From Prorocentrum cordatum (lineage: Eukaryota), in assembly GCA_963575745.1 (NCBI GenBank), contig CAUYUJ010000214.1, forward strand, positions 496,001 to 560,000: a stretch of 64,000 nt of DNA, written 5' to 3'. A program made the position numbers and the translations under genes. This document shows positions 30,193-41,000 of the stretch, piece after piece (position 1 is the stretch's first letter; each line of letters starts with the position of its first letter). Below the pieces are notes generated by a model. It had not been told where the DNA came from, ran no database searches, and saw only the letters and a program-made list of their open reading frames with translations.

Positions 30193-33100
30193 ATGAGCTC
30201 TGTCGCTTTGTCTGTTCGAACCCTCAACTGCAATAGTTGGGGCACCCTGAAGAAGATGTTACCTCACACGCCTTCGGCGGTCCTGCTGGTGCAGGAACAT
30301 AGATTGGCGGGCAGTGAAGAAGTTGCTGAGGCCTCCTCTTGGTGTGCTCGCAATGGTTGGAAATCGTTGTGGACCCCAGCCGTTCTCACGGAAAACGGCA
30401 CGTCTGGGGGCACTGTTTTGCTTGTGAAAAGTTGGCTAGGCCTTTACCCCCCTTCCTCTGGACACGCTATCGTTCCAGGGCGGGCTACCCATGGGGTCAT
30501 TCAGGTTCCAGGTGGTTCCAGCTACCACATGTTTTCGGTTTACCTGCATGACGGGGAAGGTTTGACCGAGCGCAATCTTGAGCTCTTAAGTTGTGTCGGT
30601 GCCTGTGCTTCCGCGTGCTGCTCCAGTTTTGTTGTGGGCGGCGACTTCAACGTCTCTCCGTGCGAGCTGGAGAGTAGCAAGTTTGTCTCTCAGCTTCAGG
30701 GCCAGCTCGTCAACCCTGGAGGCCATACTCATTTTGGTGAGGGGGCCCCCTCCACCCTGGACTATTTTGTTTGCAGTGGGGGGCTGGGGAAAGCCGTGGA
30801 TTCTTGCTGGATCGATCTGACGACGGGGCTCAGTCCCCATCGTCCCGTGGAGCTCCAGTTCCATCGATCCCCTGCTACTCTCAAGGCCCTCAGTTTCAGG
30901 AAGCCCCCCCCTCTGCCGAGAGACCGTGTTATAGGTCCGATGCTCCCCCCTCCGTGCTGGGATCACGTGATCACGCGAGCTCAGGTCGGTCTTGACGCGG
31001 TCGCAGCCGGCGACGCCGCGGCTGCCCTCAGCCATTTGTCGCCGGCTTACGGCGCTTGGGCCGATAAGGCGGAGGAGGAGTTGGCCCATTTGTTGGGGGC
31101 GGACTTGGTGAAGACAGGATGCAGGAGTAAGGGGCCTCAGCTCGTGTGGCGCAGCTTAGTTGGCCGAGATTCTCAGCCAAGGTATCCTGAGCATCGTGCC
31201 ATCAGCTGGCTGGTGGCTCAGTTTCGCGCGTTTATGGGGCTGCAGCGGGCCGACCAAGGTTGCGGGGGCCAGGCCGCCAGCTTGCACGCCTTGCTTGTCA
31301 GCCCCCCTCCTGTGATTTCACGTCATTCGAGCAAGTATGCCACCTCTTTCAGCCGCGTGAAAGACTTTACTGCTGCTTTGCAGGGCGATCTCCGCCAGGC
31401 CCCTCCTGAGCAAATTGTGAAAGGTGACGAGCTTCTTGGCACCCTTGTCTCTGTCTTGGAAGGGGCCAATGGGGAGTTTCGGGCCCTGGCTCAGTCTGAT
31501 TGGAGAGCCTGGCTCACGGAGGGCCTCGATCAAGGGGCCCGTCGGGTTCATGCGATAGTCCGCGACCCCACCCCTTGGGTCCCCACCACGACCCTTGCCC
31601 GAGATGGGTCTGTTGTGGCCGACCCCCTTTCGCTTCTGTCTGATGAGGGCACCAAGTTTGCCAGGTTCTGGAAAGATGGCGCTGGCAATCCAGCGAGTTG
31701 CACTCTAGTGGAAGCTCTCCCCAGGGCTGATCCTGCTCAGTTGCGGGCCGTTAGTAAGAAATATAAGAAAACCTCGGCTGTCACTTACGACGGTTTTGAT
31801 TGCCGTCACTTTCACCTTCTGTGTGATGCTGGGCTGGTTGCGCTTGGCATGCTCTTTCAGCTGATGGAGTCGGTTGGCCAGCTTCCGCGCCAGATCTCCG
31901 CGGCGTTGATTGCCCTGCTCTCGAAACCCAGCGGCGGCTACAGACCGATAGGGGTGTTCTGCTCCTGGTATAGGGTCTGGGGGCGCCTGAGGCGTCCCCA
32001 AGCCTTATACTGGGAGCAGCAACACCCCCGTCGGTACTGGGCTGCTGGGGCGTTTCGCGGAGCAGCTGATGTGGTCTGGCGCCAATCGTTTCGCTCGGAG
32101 ACGGGGACCTCTAAAGGGGAAGAGAGTGCCAGCGTCTTCTATGATATGCTCAAGTATTATGAAACGATTGATTTAGACGTGCTTGAGCAGCGTTGCCACC
32201 AACACAATTTCCCGATAGTGTTGACTAGGCTTACCCTTTATGCGTGCAGGTGCGGCCGCTTCGTCTCCATCGCCGGCCTCTTGGATGGGCCGCACTTTGT
32301 GCAGAAAGGAGTCATCGCAGGCTGCAGCATGGCCACGACACATATACGCATATATGGTATGTCTTCTTTCGATAAGCTCCCCTCGTTTCCATCTCAAGAC
32401 TTCGACATCTATATAGATGATACTGGAGTGTCTTGCACGGGGTCTCGAAAGCATGTGATTTCTTCCATAGTTGCCGTCTCTCTCGCTCTCCATCATGCTA
32501 TTACTGATGAGAATGAAATGAATTGTCAGCTGGCGCTAGACAAGATATGCACTGTTGCGTCTTCCAAAGGCCTGGCCACCGCGCTGTCTGCTGCTCTTGG
32601 TCAATTAGGAGGCAAGATCACTGCCTCGACTGTGAACCTTGGAGTTGACTACTGTGCTGGCGCCTCGGTCAGGGCCTCTGGGCGTAGCTCGAAGCTCAAG
32701 AGCCGCGTGGCGCTTCTTTGCAGGAAAGCTCGTCGTCTCAAGCGTCAGGCAGGCAACCTTGGTCGCAAAGCCCTCAGAGCGTTCGCCTCGGGCCCCCTCC
32801 CTGGAGGGGCCTATGGGGCGGACATCCTGGGGGTGAGCGACCAGGTCCTCCTGACTATGAGGCGGCAAGCCTTCAAGACGGTGAGGCCTTTTGCTAAAAG
32901 TAGGTCTCTCACGGCTGTCAGCATTTTGTCGGACGACCCTTGCTGGCGAGCTGCGTCGGCCCCCCTTCTGCGCTGGAGCAAGGAGGTCTGGTTGGCCCAA
33001 ACCCGTGAGTTCCCCTGGTCCATTCCTCATCGGGAGCTCCGAGACGGCTTCAGGAGTGTTTTCGCGTTGCCCAGGGTTACCTGGCCAACTGTGAAGGGCC

Positions 33101-35040
33101 CGATGTCTGCTCTTCGCCTTGCCCTCCTTCGCCTTGGTTGGATCATGGAAGACTATGCCACGATTTCCGATGACCGAGGATACCGTTTGCAGCTCGGTTT
33201 GATTCCCCCCAAGCTTTTGGAAACCTTGTGCAAAGAGGCCTACCTTCGTGGGCTCGAGCGTGATCTCGGGGGGAAATGGGGGCTAGAATGCAGGGCGTGC
33301 CTGGACATTCCCAAAGCTGCTTGTGTCAGTAAGAAGTTCACGCCAGCGCAGAGGGGCTGGATTCGAGCATGCTCTTGTGATGCTATTTGGCCTGCGGACA
33401 AGGCCCTGGCATGTGGGTATCAGGTCGACCCGCTCTGCCCTCTCTGCTCTGCTGCGCCCGATTCAGTGTTTCACAGGATTTGGCAGTGCACGGCGACGGA
33501 AGCTCAAGAGTTGCGGACTCAGCTGGTCCCGGCCTCAGTTGTGCTAGACGCCATCGCCGCGTGGACAGCTCAGGCGGAACCTGACCCTCACGTGCGAGCA
33601 CTATATACTAGAGGAGCTTTCGCTCATCCCGCCGATGTTTTGCCGCGTCCTGTCGTGGAGGGAACGAATGCCCTTCAGTTCGTTTGGCATTGTGACGAGC
33701 TTCAAAGCCCTGAAGGTCCCAGGGTCCCAGTGAACGGGGAAATGTGGGGTCATGTCTTCATTGATGGGTCCTGCCAGCGTCGCCCGATCAAAGAACTTTC
33801 AAGAGCTGCCTATGCTGTTTCAATGAACGCCGACGATGGCACTTGCCTTGGAGAAGCGAGAGGCCCTGTCTGGGCTCATCTTCCTCAGACGCCTCAGGCG
33901 GCTGAGTATGCTGCCAGATGCGTCGCCGCTCAGTTCCTGGTGTTGCCGACCACTATTTACTCGGACTGTGCCAATGTCGTGTCTCATAGTATGTTGCCCT
34001 TGCCAGAGAGATACTCGGGCAAGAGGTCGTATTCAGGAATGATTATGTGTGCCAACAACTTTGAGGGCCGTTTTTTGGAAGGCATTGTAAAGGTCAAAGC
34101 TCATTTAGATGTCCATCAGGAGGGCATCTCGGAGAGAGAACGTTTTCTCAGGCGTGGAAATGCTGACGCTGATGCTGGTGCCAAACATGCCCTTCAGCTT
34201 CACCCTTCTGACCCGTCTGAATTAGCCAATGTTGACAAGCTTGTGGAAGCGGCCAGGGGTTATTGCATCCTTGCTGCTAACTTGCTTCCATTATGGCCTA
34301 AGCTCTCTCTTGACGTTCCTTATTTCCCTCCCCCTCCTGCTGAGCATTCAGGCACCTTCAGTAAGGTAGGTCATCGTTGGGAAAACTGGGCTGGTGTCTG
34401 GAGGTGTGCAGTTTGCCTCCGTGGGAGTAGGGGCACGACGCGCCCTTCCCCTGGTCGATGCCCCCAGGAGTCTAAGTTGCATGCCGCGCGGCAGGATGCT
34501 CTAGGGCACAGAACTGTTGCCTTCGACTGCTCAGATAAGTCAGTGTTATTCATATGCCTGAAATGCAAATGCCACTCCACTGGTGGCAGGGTTAGAGGCT
34601 TAGGGGAAGTCTGTAAGAAGCCTTCCCGCGCGGGTCGTCTTGGTTGGGCTGCCTTGTGTAAGGGTATTCATCCACACTACTCCCGGTCGAGTAAAGGTGT
34701 TACAGTTGATGATACCTCTCTTGTGCGCTGCTTTAACTCGCATTTGGTTGCGAATCCTGATTTTTCGGAGGATGGTGACAAGAGCTCCGCCCCCTCTGGC
34801 TCGACAGGTAGTGCTGCCAGCGCTGGAGGGCAGGAGCCTGCCCGCTCCGCAGAGTCTGCTACTGCTTCTGTTGCAGGCGTTCCTGTCTGCAGCGTTGCGC
34901 CCAGCTCTTCCTCGAGTGTTGTGGTCGCCTCGGCCGCTGCCACCAGGGAGTGCTTGAGGCGCATTGCTGCTTCTCTCCGCCGCGAGGCGGATGATATGGG
35001 AACGGGTGGGGCTGTGGAGGCGGGGTCGGGATCGGATTGA
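30193..35040 (+). CDS. LINE ORF2 polyprotein: AP endonuclease, reverse transcriptase, zinc-binding region, RNase H, C-terminal Cys motifs (~1615 aa)
   Basis: APE: TLNCNSW, LLVQEH, FSVYLH, VVGGDFN, TLDYFV, SPHRPV. RT: YRPIG, FYDMLKYYETID, GVIAGCSMA, IYIDD (32407-32421), NLGVD. Zinc-binding: LCPLC..DSVFHRIWQC. RNase H: VFIDGSC, QAAEYAA, IYSDC, KVKAH, GNADADAGAK. C-terminal: WRCAVC, ICLKC. The frame is open from 28420, so the true start is uncertain. Confidence 0.93.
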   Translation: MSSVALSVRTLNCNSWGTLKKMLPHTPSAVLLVQEHRLAGSEEVAEASSWCARNGWKSLWTPAVLTENGTSGGTVLLVKSWLGLYPPSSGHAIVPGRATHGVIQVPGGSSYHMFSVYLHDGEGLTERNLELLSCVGACASACCSSFVVGGDFNVSPCELESSKFVSQLQGQLVNPGGHTHFGEGAPSTLDYFVCSGGLGKAVDSCWIDLTTGLSPHRPVELQFHRSPATLKALSFRKPPPLPRDRVIGPMLPPPCWDHVITRAQVGLDAVAAGDAAAALSHLSPAYGAWADKAEEELAHLLGADLVKTGCRSKGPQLVWRSLVGRDSQPRYPEHRAISWLVAQFRAFMGLQRADQGCGGQAASLHALLVSPPPVISRHSSKYATSFSRVKDFTAALQGDLRQAPPEQIVKGDELLGTLVSVLEGANGEFRALAQSDWRAWLTEGLDQGARRVHAIVRDPTPWVPTTTLARDGSVVADPLSLLSDEGTKFARFWKDGAGNPASCTLVEALPRADPAQLRAVSKKYKKTSAVTYDGFDCRHFHLLCDAGLVALGMLFQLMESVGQLPRQISAALIALLSKPSGGYRPIGVFCSWYRVWGRLRRPQALYWEQQHPRRYWAAGAFRGAADVVWRQSFRSETGTSKGEESASVFYDMLKYYETIDLDVLEQRCHQHNFPIVLTRLTLYACRCGRFVSIAGLLDGPHFVQKGVIAGCSMATTHIRIYGMSSFDKLPSFPSQDFDIYIDDTGVSCTGSRKHVISSIVAVSLALHHAITDENEMNCQLALDKICTVASSKGLATALSAALGQLGGKITASTVNLGVDYCAGASVRASGRSSKLKSRVALLCRKARRLKRQAGNLGRKALRAFASGPLPGGAYGADILGVSDQVLLTMRRQAFKTVRPFAKSRSLTAVSILSDDPCWRAASAPLLRWSKEVWLAQTREFPWSIPHRELRDGFRSVFALPRVTWPTVKGPMSALRLALLRLGWIMEDYATISDDRGYRLQLGLIPPKLLETLCKEAYLRGLERDLGGKWGLECRACLDIPKAACVSKKFTPAQRGWIRACSCDAIWPADKALACGYQVDPLCPLCSAAPDSVFHRIWQCTATEAQELRTQLVPASVVLDAIAAWTAQAEPDPHVRALYTRGAFAHPADVLPRPVVEGTNALQFVWHCDELQSPEGPRVPVNGEMWGHVFIDGSCQRRPIKELSRAAYAVSMNADDGTCLGEARGPVWAHLPQTPQAAEYAARCVAAQFLVLPTTIYSDCANVVSHSMLPLPERYSGKRSYSGMIMCANNFEGRFLEGIVKVKAHLDVHQEGISERERFLRRGNADADAGAKHALQLHPSDPSELANVDKLVEAARGYCILAANLLPLWPKLSLDVPYFPPPPAEHSGTFSKVGHRWENWAGVWRCAVCLRGSRGTTRPSPGRCPQESKLHAARQDALGHRTVAFDCSDKSVLFICLKCKCHSTGGRVRGLGEVCKKPSRAGRLGWAALCKGIHPHYSRSSKGVTVDDTSLVRCFNSHLVANPDFSEDGDKSSAPSGSTGSAASAGGQEPARSAESATASVAGVPVCSVAPSSSSSVVVASAAATRECLRRIAASLRREADDMGTGGAVEAGSGSD

Positions 35041-35721
35041 CTTGCAGCGTTCTAGCCTGCCCTTTTCTTTTGGCAGGCGTGCGCCCGTCTTCTTGTGTGG
35101 TTGCCGTTCCTGCGCAGCCACCCATTCTAATTCAGTTTTCTGTTCTCAATCTTATCCTCGGCCGTGCTTTGCCTCCTCGGCCCTCAGGCTGTTGTGGCAT
35201 AGGTCGCGGCTCCGCGATCTAAGCGGCGACCGCCTGTCCGCTCAGGATGCTCTCCGCGTTGCCGATCTTTTTGCCAGCTGATGGTCCAGCTGGTGTTTGT
35301 TCTTCTCCTGTCATTCGCCACTAATGGCAGGTGTGGTTACTTGTGTGGTGAGCCGTGAGACCAAAGCCGTATTTTTCTTGTGCACTGTCTCTGGCGGGTC
35401 TGCCAGACAGTGAGAGTCCGAGCCGAGGGTCGATCCGTGCGGGGAGGGGGCCATAGTGGGCGCTCCGAAAGGAACTCGCGAAGCCCCCTCCCCATAGCGG
35501 CTCTCGCCGAGGCGAGGTATTTCTCAGAGCTGGCAGGTCCCGCACTGCCAGTTGCTTGCACTATGCGGTGGGCCCGTGGAGGTCAGAAAAAAATACTACG
35601 ACGTCTGCTACTACTACTGGTGCTGCTACTACTTTCACTACTGCTACTACTACTACTCATGCCCCCGGCGCCCAACAGACAATTTTAACGAGAGGAGTCA
35701 GAGGGAGTCAAAATTGCCGAC

Positions 35722-36030
35722 ATTCAAATTTTGAAAGTTTGAAAGTTTGAAAACTTTCAAGGTTTGAAATATTGAAGTTTTTAGGCCGTCCAAGTTTGAA
35801 ATTTTGAAGATTGACATTTGGCAAGTTCGAAATTCATTTATTTCAAATTTTCAAACTTCGCGTTTCTGTCAAACGTTCAAACTTTCAATCTTTCAAACTT
35901 TAAACTTTCAAAGTTTGAAAAGAGCTTCAAACTTTCAAATCGCATCCACTTCAAAATTTGAAAGTTTGACCATTGCAAAGTTTGAAAGTTTGAAAGTTTG
36001 GACCCAGAAGCGTTTAGATGTTCAAAATTT
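35722..36030. repeat. AT-rich array of TTTGAAAG / CTTTCAAA 8-mers in both orientations
   Basis: Read directly from the sequence. Confidence 0.8.
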
Positions 36031-38091
36031 AGGTGTCGTGTGTTTGTGCCCGTGCTCGTCCGGATTCGGGAGGGGGGGAGGCATGTTGAATGTGTCTGTG
36101 TGTGGTGTTGTGCGTGGTGGTGGTGTGCGTGTGTGTGCGGTAAGAACGAGTGACGCCTGAAGGGCCAGCGCGTCGAGACATCCTCAACCTATTGAGATGG
36201 TTCCGCCCGTTTTGCATTAGACATCCTCGCAAGTTTGCGTTCCGATACGACCGGGTCTGCGATGGTCCAGGCTGTTTCGCCTGAGACATCCTGGCAGTCC
36301 CCTCCTTACCTGTCTTCCTCCTCCTCCTCCTCCTTCTCGTCGTCCTCCTCCCTTCCATTCTCCCAGCGCCCCTGGGATCTTGGCGAGTACGTCGAGACTG
36401 CGACTGGTCAGAGGAGGAGGAGGAGGAAGCGGCGGAGTCGGGCGCATTCGTGTCATATACGTTTTCGTTGCTCTCGGGAGACTCCTCGTCGCCACGGCTG
36501 GACGCGCTTCGAAAGTGTCTTGTGATGTGGCGTCGGTGCTTGGCCCGCCCTCACAGATCAAGGCACGCCTGGTCGACGTAATGTTTTTTTTTTGCATTGT
36601 GTCAACCAGTATTTTCAGTCCGCTCTCAAGCGAAAAGCGTTTGCGAACATCGAGCCCTGGTTTTGTGGATTCCGGAGGGGGCAATGGACTAAGAGGAGGG
36701 GGTTGAAGGGGGCCGTCTGTCATATCGCCACATGTCCCGTGTTTTGTAGAGGATGAGGTAAAAGAGGAGGAGGAGGAGGAGGAGGAGGAAGAGGGGGAGG
36801 AGGAGGAGAGGGAGGACGGGCCCGGGGGAGGAGTCTTGTGGATGATGGGGAAGAGAGTTGAGAGGGGGATTGAAAATAAGAAGCAAACCAGGGGGGGCGT
36901 GCCTTTAATATTCGTGTCCTCGAAGGGGGAAACGCTCGCAAAATTTTCAAAAAATGTTTTTGGCATCTTCTGGAGATTGACGCTGGGGACCACATTGATT
37001 TGCCAGAGTTTAGGGTTTTCGTGCCGCGATGCAGAAGAGAGGGTTTTGCCAGGACGTCGCCACTGAAATGCACGCTCGCGCGCGTCACGCCGCAGGCACA
37101 CCACAGGGAAACCTCCAGCACACTGGGCACAAAAGCGCACCGACGCGCATCATCATGTGGAGCCACTTGCGTGATTTGTACGAGACGTCTGCATGTTTTT
37201 GGTGTGTTGGCGGTGCTCGTTTTGCAGGCTAGCGCGGGGGAATTTGTCTCATTCCCTTTAAAGGAAAGACAACTGTTTTCCCCCAAGCCAGCCTGCAAAA
37301 GAAGCCCCGCCAGCACACCAAAAAACATGCAGACGTGTAGCATAAATGACGCATGTGCTTTCGCGTGTTCGTGCGTGTCGCTACGGTTTTGTGGCCTGTG
37401 TGCTCTTGGTGTGCCCGCGGTGTGCGTGCGATGCGGTTTCGGAAAAATCGGTGCCGTAAGATTTTCCATGACTGCTCTCATGAAAACAAAGGAGCTGCAA
37501 TCCAAGAAATCGTTTCCGCTCTGGCCGAGGAGTGGTTTTCGGACACTCCCGGAGGCCGATAAATATGCCATCTTGGATGCCATCTTGTGCTCTAGCACGC
37601 GGCGCTTGGTTTAGGAAAAACATCCATTTCATAAGGAATCTGCGGGTTCACGTTTTTTTTGTTGAACTTCTTGTATGCCTGTATTCCTTACTTAGGCCAT
37701 CCAGTGCCAACTTGGAGACCATCTTGTGCTCGAGCACGCGGCGATGGGTCCAGCAGAAGGCTCAATTCGATAGAGGAATCTGCGGTTTCAGGTTATATGT
37801 TTCGTTTCATAGGGGAATCTGCGGTTCGAAGTTTATATAAGTTTAAATTCTTCATTTTCTTTGCGGCTTGAGGGTGGAGGAGGAGGGGGAGTAGGATCAG
37901 AGCGAGGGGAAGGACTTGGAGGAGGAGAACATCAGGGACGGGGGGCGGGAGGGTGGGATGTGCGCAGGGAGGGGCAAGGGGTTGAACGGGAAGTGGAGGA
38001 ACACAAAAACGTAAACTTGCATTATTACGTTCTTCCGGTGTCCACGCCCCCAGAATTAACTCAGCTGTTTTGGTTCTGACGATTTGTCGGC

Positions 38092-41000
38092 ATGTCCACA
38101 GCAGTGGACGACAGCTTACCCCACGAGTTGCTTCCCAAGCTCGCTCGCCCAGGTTTCGTGCCCAACAGCACCCAGGACGATCACTTACATAAGCTCAGTG
38201 CCATGGTGTGGCATTTTATGGATAATCGCATGCGGCAGTTCCTGAGGAACCACAGTTCCATGCCAATTTCCATCAGCTACCAATCTGATTGCACGCCTTG
38301 TGCCACGCAGGAGACTTTCACAGCGGAGACCGGGGGAAAGAAAATTAGGAGATCGGGCGCCCGCTCGGGCGAGTACCTGTTGCATCGAACTTTTGCCCGG
38401 ACGCCTGATCACGAACAGAGCGTTCTCTTCGGCCCTCCCGATTACTTGGCCGACAAGACGGTCATGACGCACGCAGCGGCTGCGCGGAAATATTTACTGT
38501 ACCCTTTTCAGTTCGGCTGCCAGACGATAAACATCACGCACGTTGTTTTCGACGGTGCTCTTTGGGAGCCGTTGACGTCCGCGCTTTACAGCGACCACGC
38601 CAGTGCCTTCAAGGAGCACGCTCTCAGCAACGGTGCGGACTACGACATCATGAAACTATTCTCGTGGTTTGTGCGCACCCCTTGCGTTTTACACTCATGC
38701 CATAATGGTTTGAAATGGGGGTTGCAACATGAGCTGGGGGACAAAGTCTACATGAAAGACGTTTGGTCTTGCGTCGCCAGTTTGAGACAAACCTTCGGAA
38801 GTTTGCAACCGTACATGAGGACGTGGATAGGTGCGCGTTTAGTCTTACGGGAGCGCGCAGAGGATGACTGGCCATGTTCTCTGTGGAGCGCGATCGGTAT
38901 ACCAGAAAAACTGCGTGAAGAGTTATGCCGGTTGAACCTCCGTTTCTCTGAGGGCAGCCTGCTTGCCTCTGCAGAGCACAAGGATAGCGCGACCATTCAT
39001 GCGGACATTTACGCTGTGCTGCTGCAGGTGTTTCGCGTTTTCGAGTGGTCGGACAGCCGATGGTGCGGGGCTGGCAGGACTTCCAGGCAGATGTTGGGGG
39101 CAATCTTCCTGGGTGTCCAAGATTTTGTAGATTTCGCCATCGCCAGAGGCCACGGCACGTACCACTTGACGTCCTTTGGCAAACTCGACCGTCGCATGAA
39201 GCAGTTTTTCGTCCAGGCTGCTATCGGGTCATACCCCATGGATGCGTGCATGGACGTATTATCCAATAGCTTTCGGCCGTTCCGCCGTGCCCCCTCGGTC
39301 TCAGGTTTGGGGAGCTGGGGTGACTCAAACAAAACCATCGTGAGCGGTGGTTCTTCGGTGTGATGCTGCACTCTGTTGTCGTAGTGTCGGTTTGATTGTA
39401 TTGTATTGCGATGCTTCGCGTGCGCCGCATTGCTTTCCACGCTTTGCGTCGGCGGGCGCTGGAGGATTCGATGACGATCGGGTTCCGCTCGTCCTGACGA
39501 AGCTTCAGCAAGAGATGGATGAGGAGGTCGAAAGTATTTTGGGCATGAGTGTTGACGTGTGGCAAGCTTTCGGAGGAATTACGGGATTGCCTGCCCTTCA
39601 TGTGCGTTCGCTGGTTGTTGACGTGGCTCTCAAGTCTGCGGCGTACATGCGCCATAAGCTGCAGGTCGCCCATGCGCTGCCGTGGTCTGCATTATGTCTG
39701 CCTTTGGAGGAGGCGTGCGAGGAGTTTGCACATATGTCCAGGCCTGACGATGAGCTGAGCCTCAACATATGGAGTTTGATTCGCGTGGGCACCGACCGCC
39801 AAACAGTTCTCGAGGGCATATCGCTGCTGCAAAGACTGAGCTGGTCAACGAACCCGACGGAGCAGGGCCACTCACATGCCGCCCGGATCGTTCGTCACCA
39901 TCGCGTCAGCGCAACGACGATGCAGGTTCGCAGCTGCGTCGGCCAGGCCCGGCCGTTGTTCGCCATCCCAGCCGACGAGAGGAAACTCGGCGCGCTGTTT
40001 GCGAGGCTTCGCCGGTTGGAGGCTATGCAGCCGCAGAAGATCACCGCGAAGGCTGCTTTCGTCGGCGACCTTCTCGATCTCGCCGCTGGCGGCATCATTG
40101 CCGAAAAGCATGACGCCAGTACCAGGGGCAAGCGAACTGTTGCTAAGCACGGGCGGCTTTGGCAGGCCCTTCGCCCAGAGCAGAAACGTGTGTACGAGGG
40201 GAAGGCCGCAGTGCGCAGGGCTGCTAGGATAGAGGAAATTGACGACAACATTGCCCACGTAAGGCAGGAGATCCGCGAGCGGATTCGCACTGCGGACGAC
40301 GAGTCCGCTGCTCGCGACGTGTCTTGCAGGTTCTCGTCTTGCCGTTTGTCTGACAGCGAGAAACGTGCATTTGACGACTTGTGGGGCCACCCCGCGTTCA
40401 CTCTGAACAGGCTGGCGGATATTAAGCAGATCATGAAGCAGCCACTTGGGCCACTGACGGAAATCGAACAGGCAGCCCCGTCAGATGCTGACCGACTGGC
40501 TGTGCCCCAGGCGCCGCCAGTGCCCGCTTGGGTCACGGGTCTGGCGAGGCATCGCGATCACTTGCGACGTTGCCTTGTCCGCGTGCGGGATGGCGAGTGC
40601 ACTCGGCACTTCAAGTTCTTATTCGGCGTGTTGTGGCCGTCGGCATTTGTGGCATTTCTCGACTTGGCTGCAGAGGTTGACCATGGAGCCTTAGCTCCAC
40701 TTGCTCTTCATTGCGGCGGGGGTGACGATTGGGGGCACGCTTTCTGGTTTGCACCAGGGGCCTTCTGCTACACGGATTCATGGGGGGAGGATCTACCACT
40801 ACATCCCGAAATACACGTCATGGAGGACTCTGCCTATTCATCAACCACTCGTTTGGGCAGCGATGCGGATTGGGTGCCCTGGGGTGAGTTCGAGATGAGA
40901 TTCCCAGTTCGCGCGGCCAGGGCCCCCCGCGATTCCAGGGCAGGGGCTCCAGATCGCCCTTCTCGCGGCGTGCTAGCCGATGAGCCTTGGTTGCAAGACA

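Larger units (their letters stand above)
28424..35593 (+). mobile_element. Full-length non-LTR (LINE-type) retrotransposon, APE-RT-RNase H type
   Basis: SL-like 5' boundary next to a GGCC-rich repeat, ORF1, uninterrupted ORF2, and a ~550-bp 3' UTR ending at a short A run (35587-35593). No TSD seen, so the ends are approximate. Confidence 0.88.

Noticed and set aside
35270..35300. CTGATG near the LINE 3' UTR as a hammerhead ribozyme core
   Set aside because: It reads CTGATGG, not CTGANGA, and lacks a correctly placed GAAA and stems.
28400..35620. Target-site duplication around the LINE
   Set aside because: The left flank (GGCC repeat) and right flank (CTA-rich) share no visible direct repeat, so the boundaries remain approximate.
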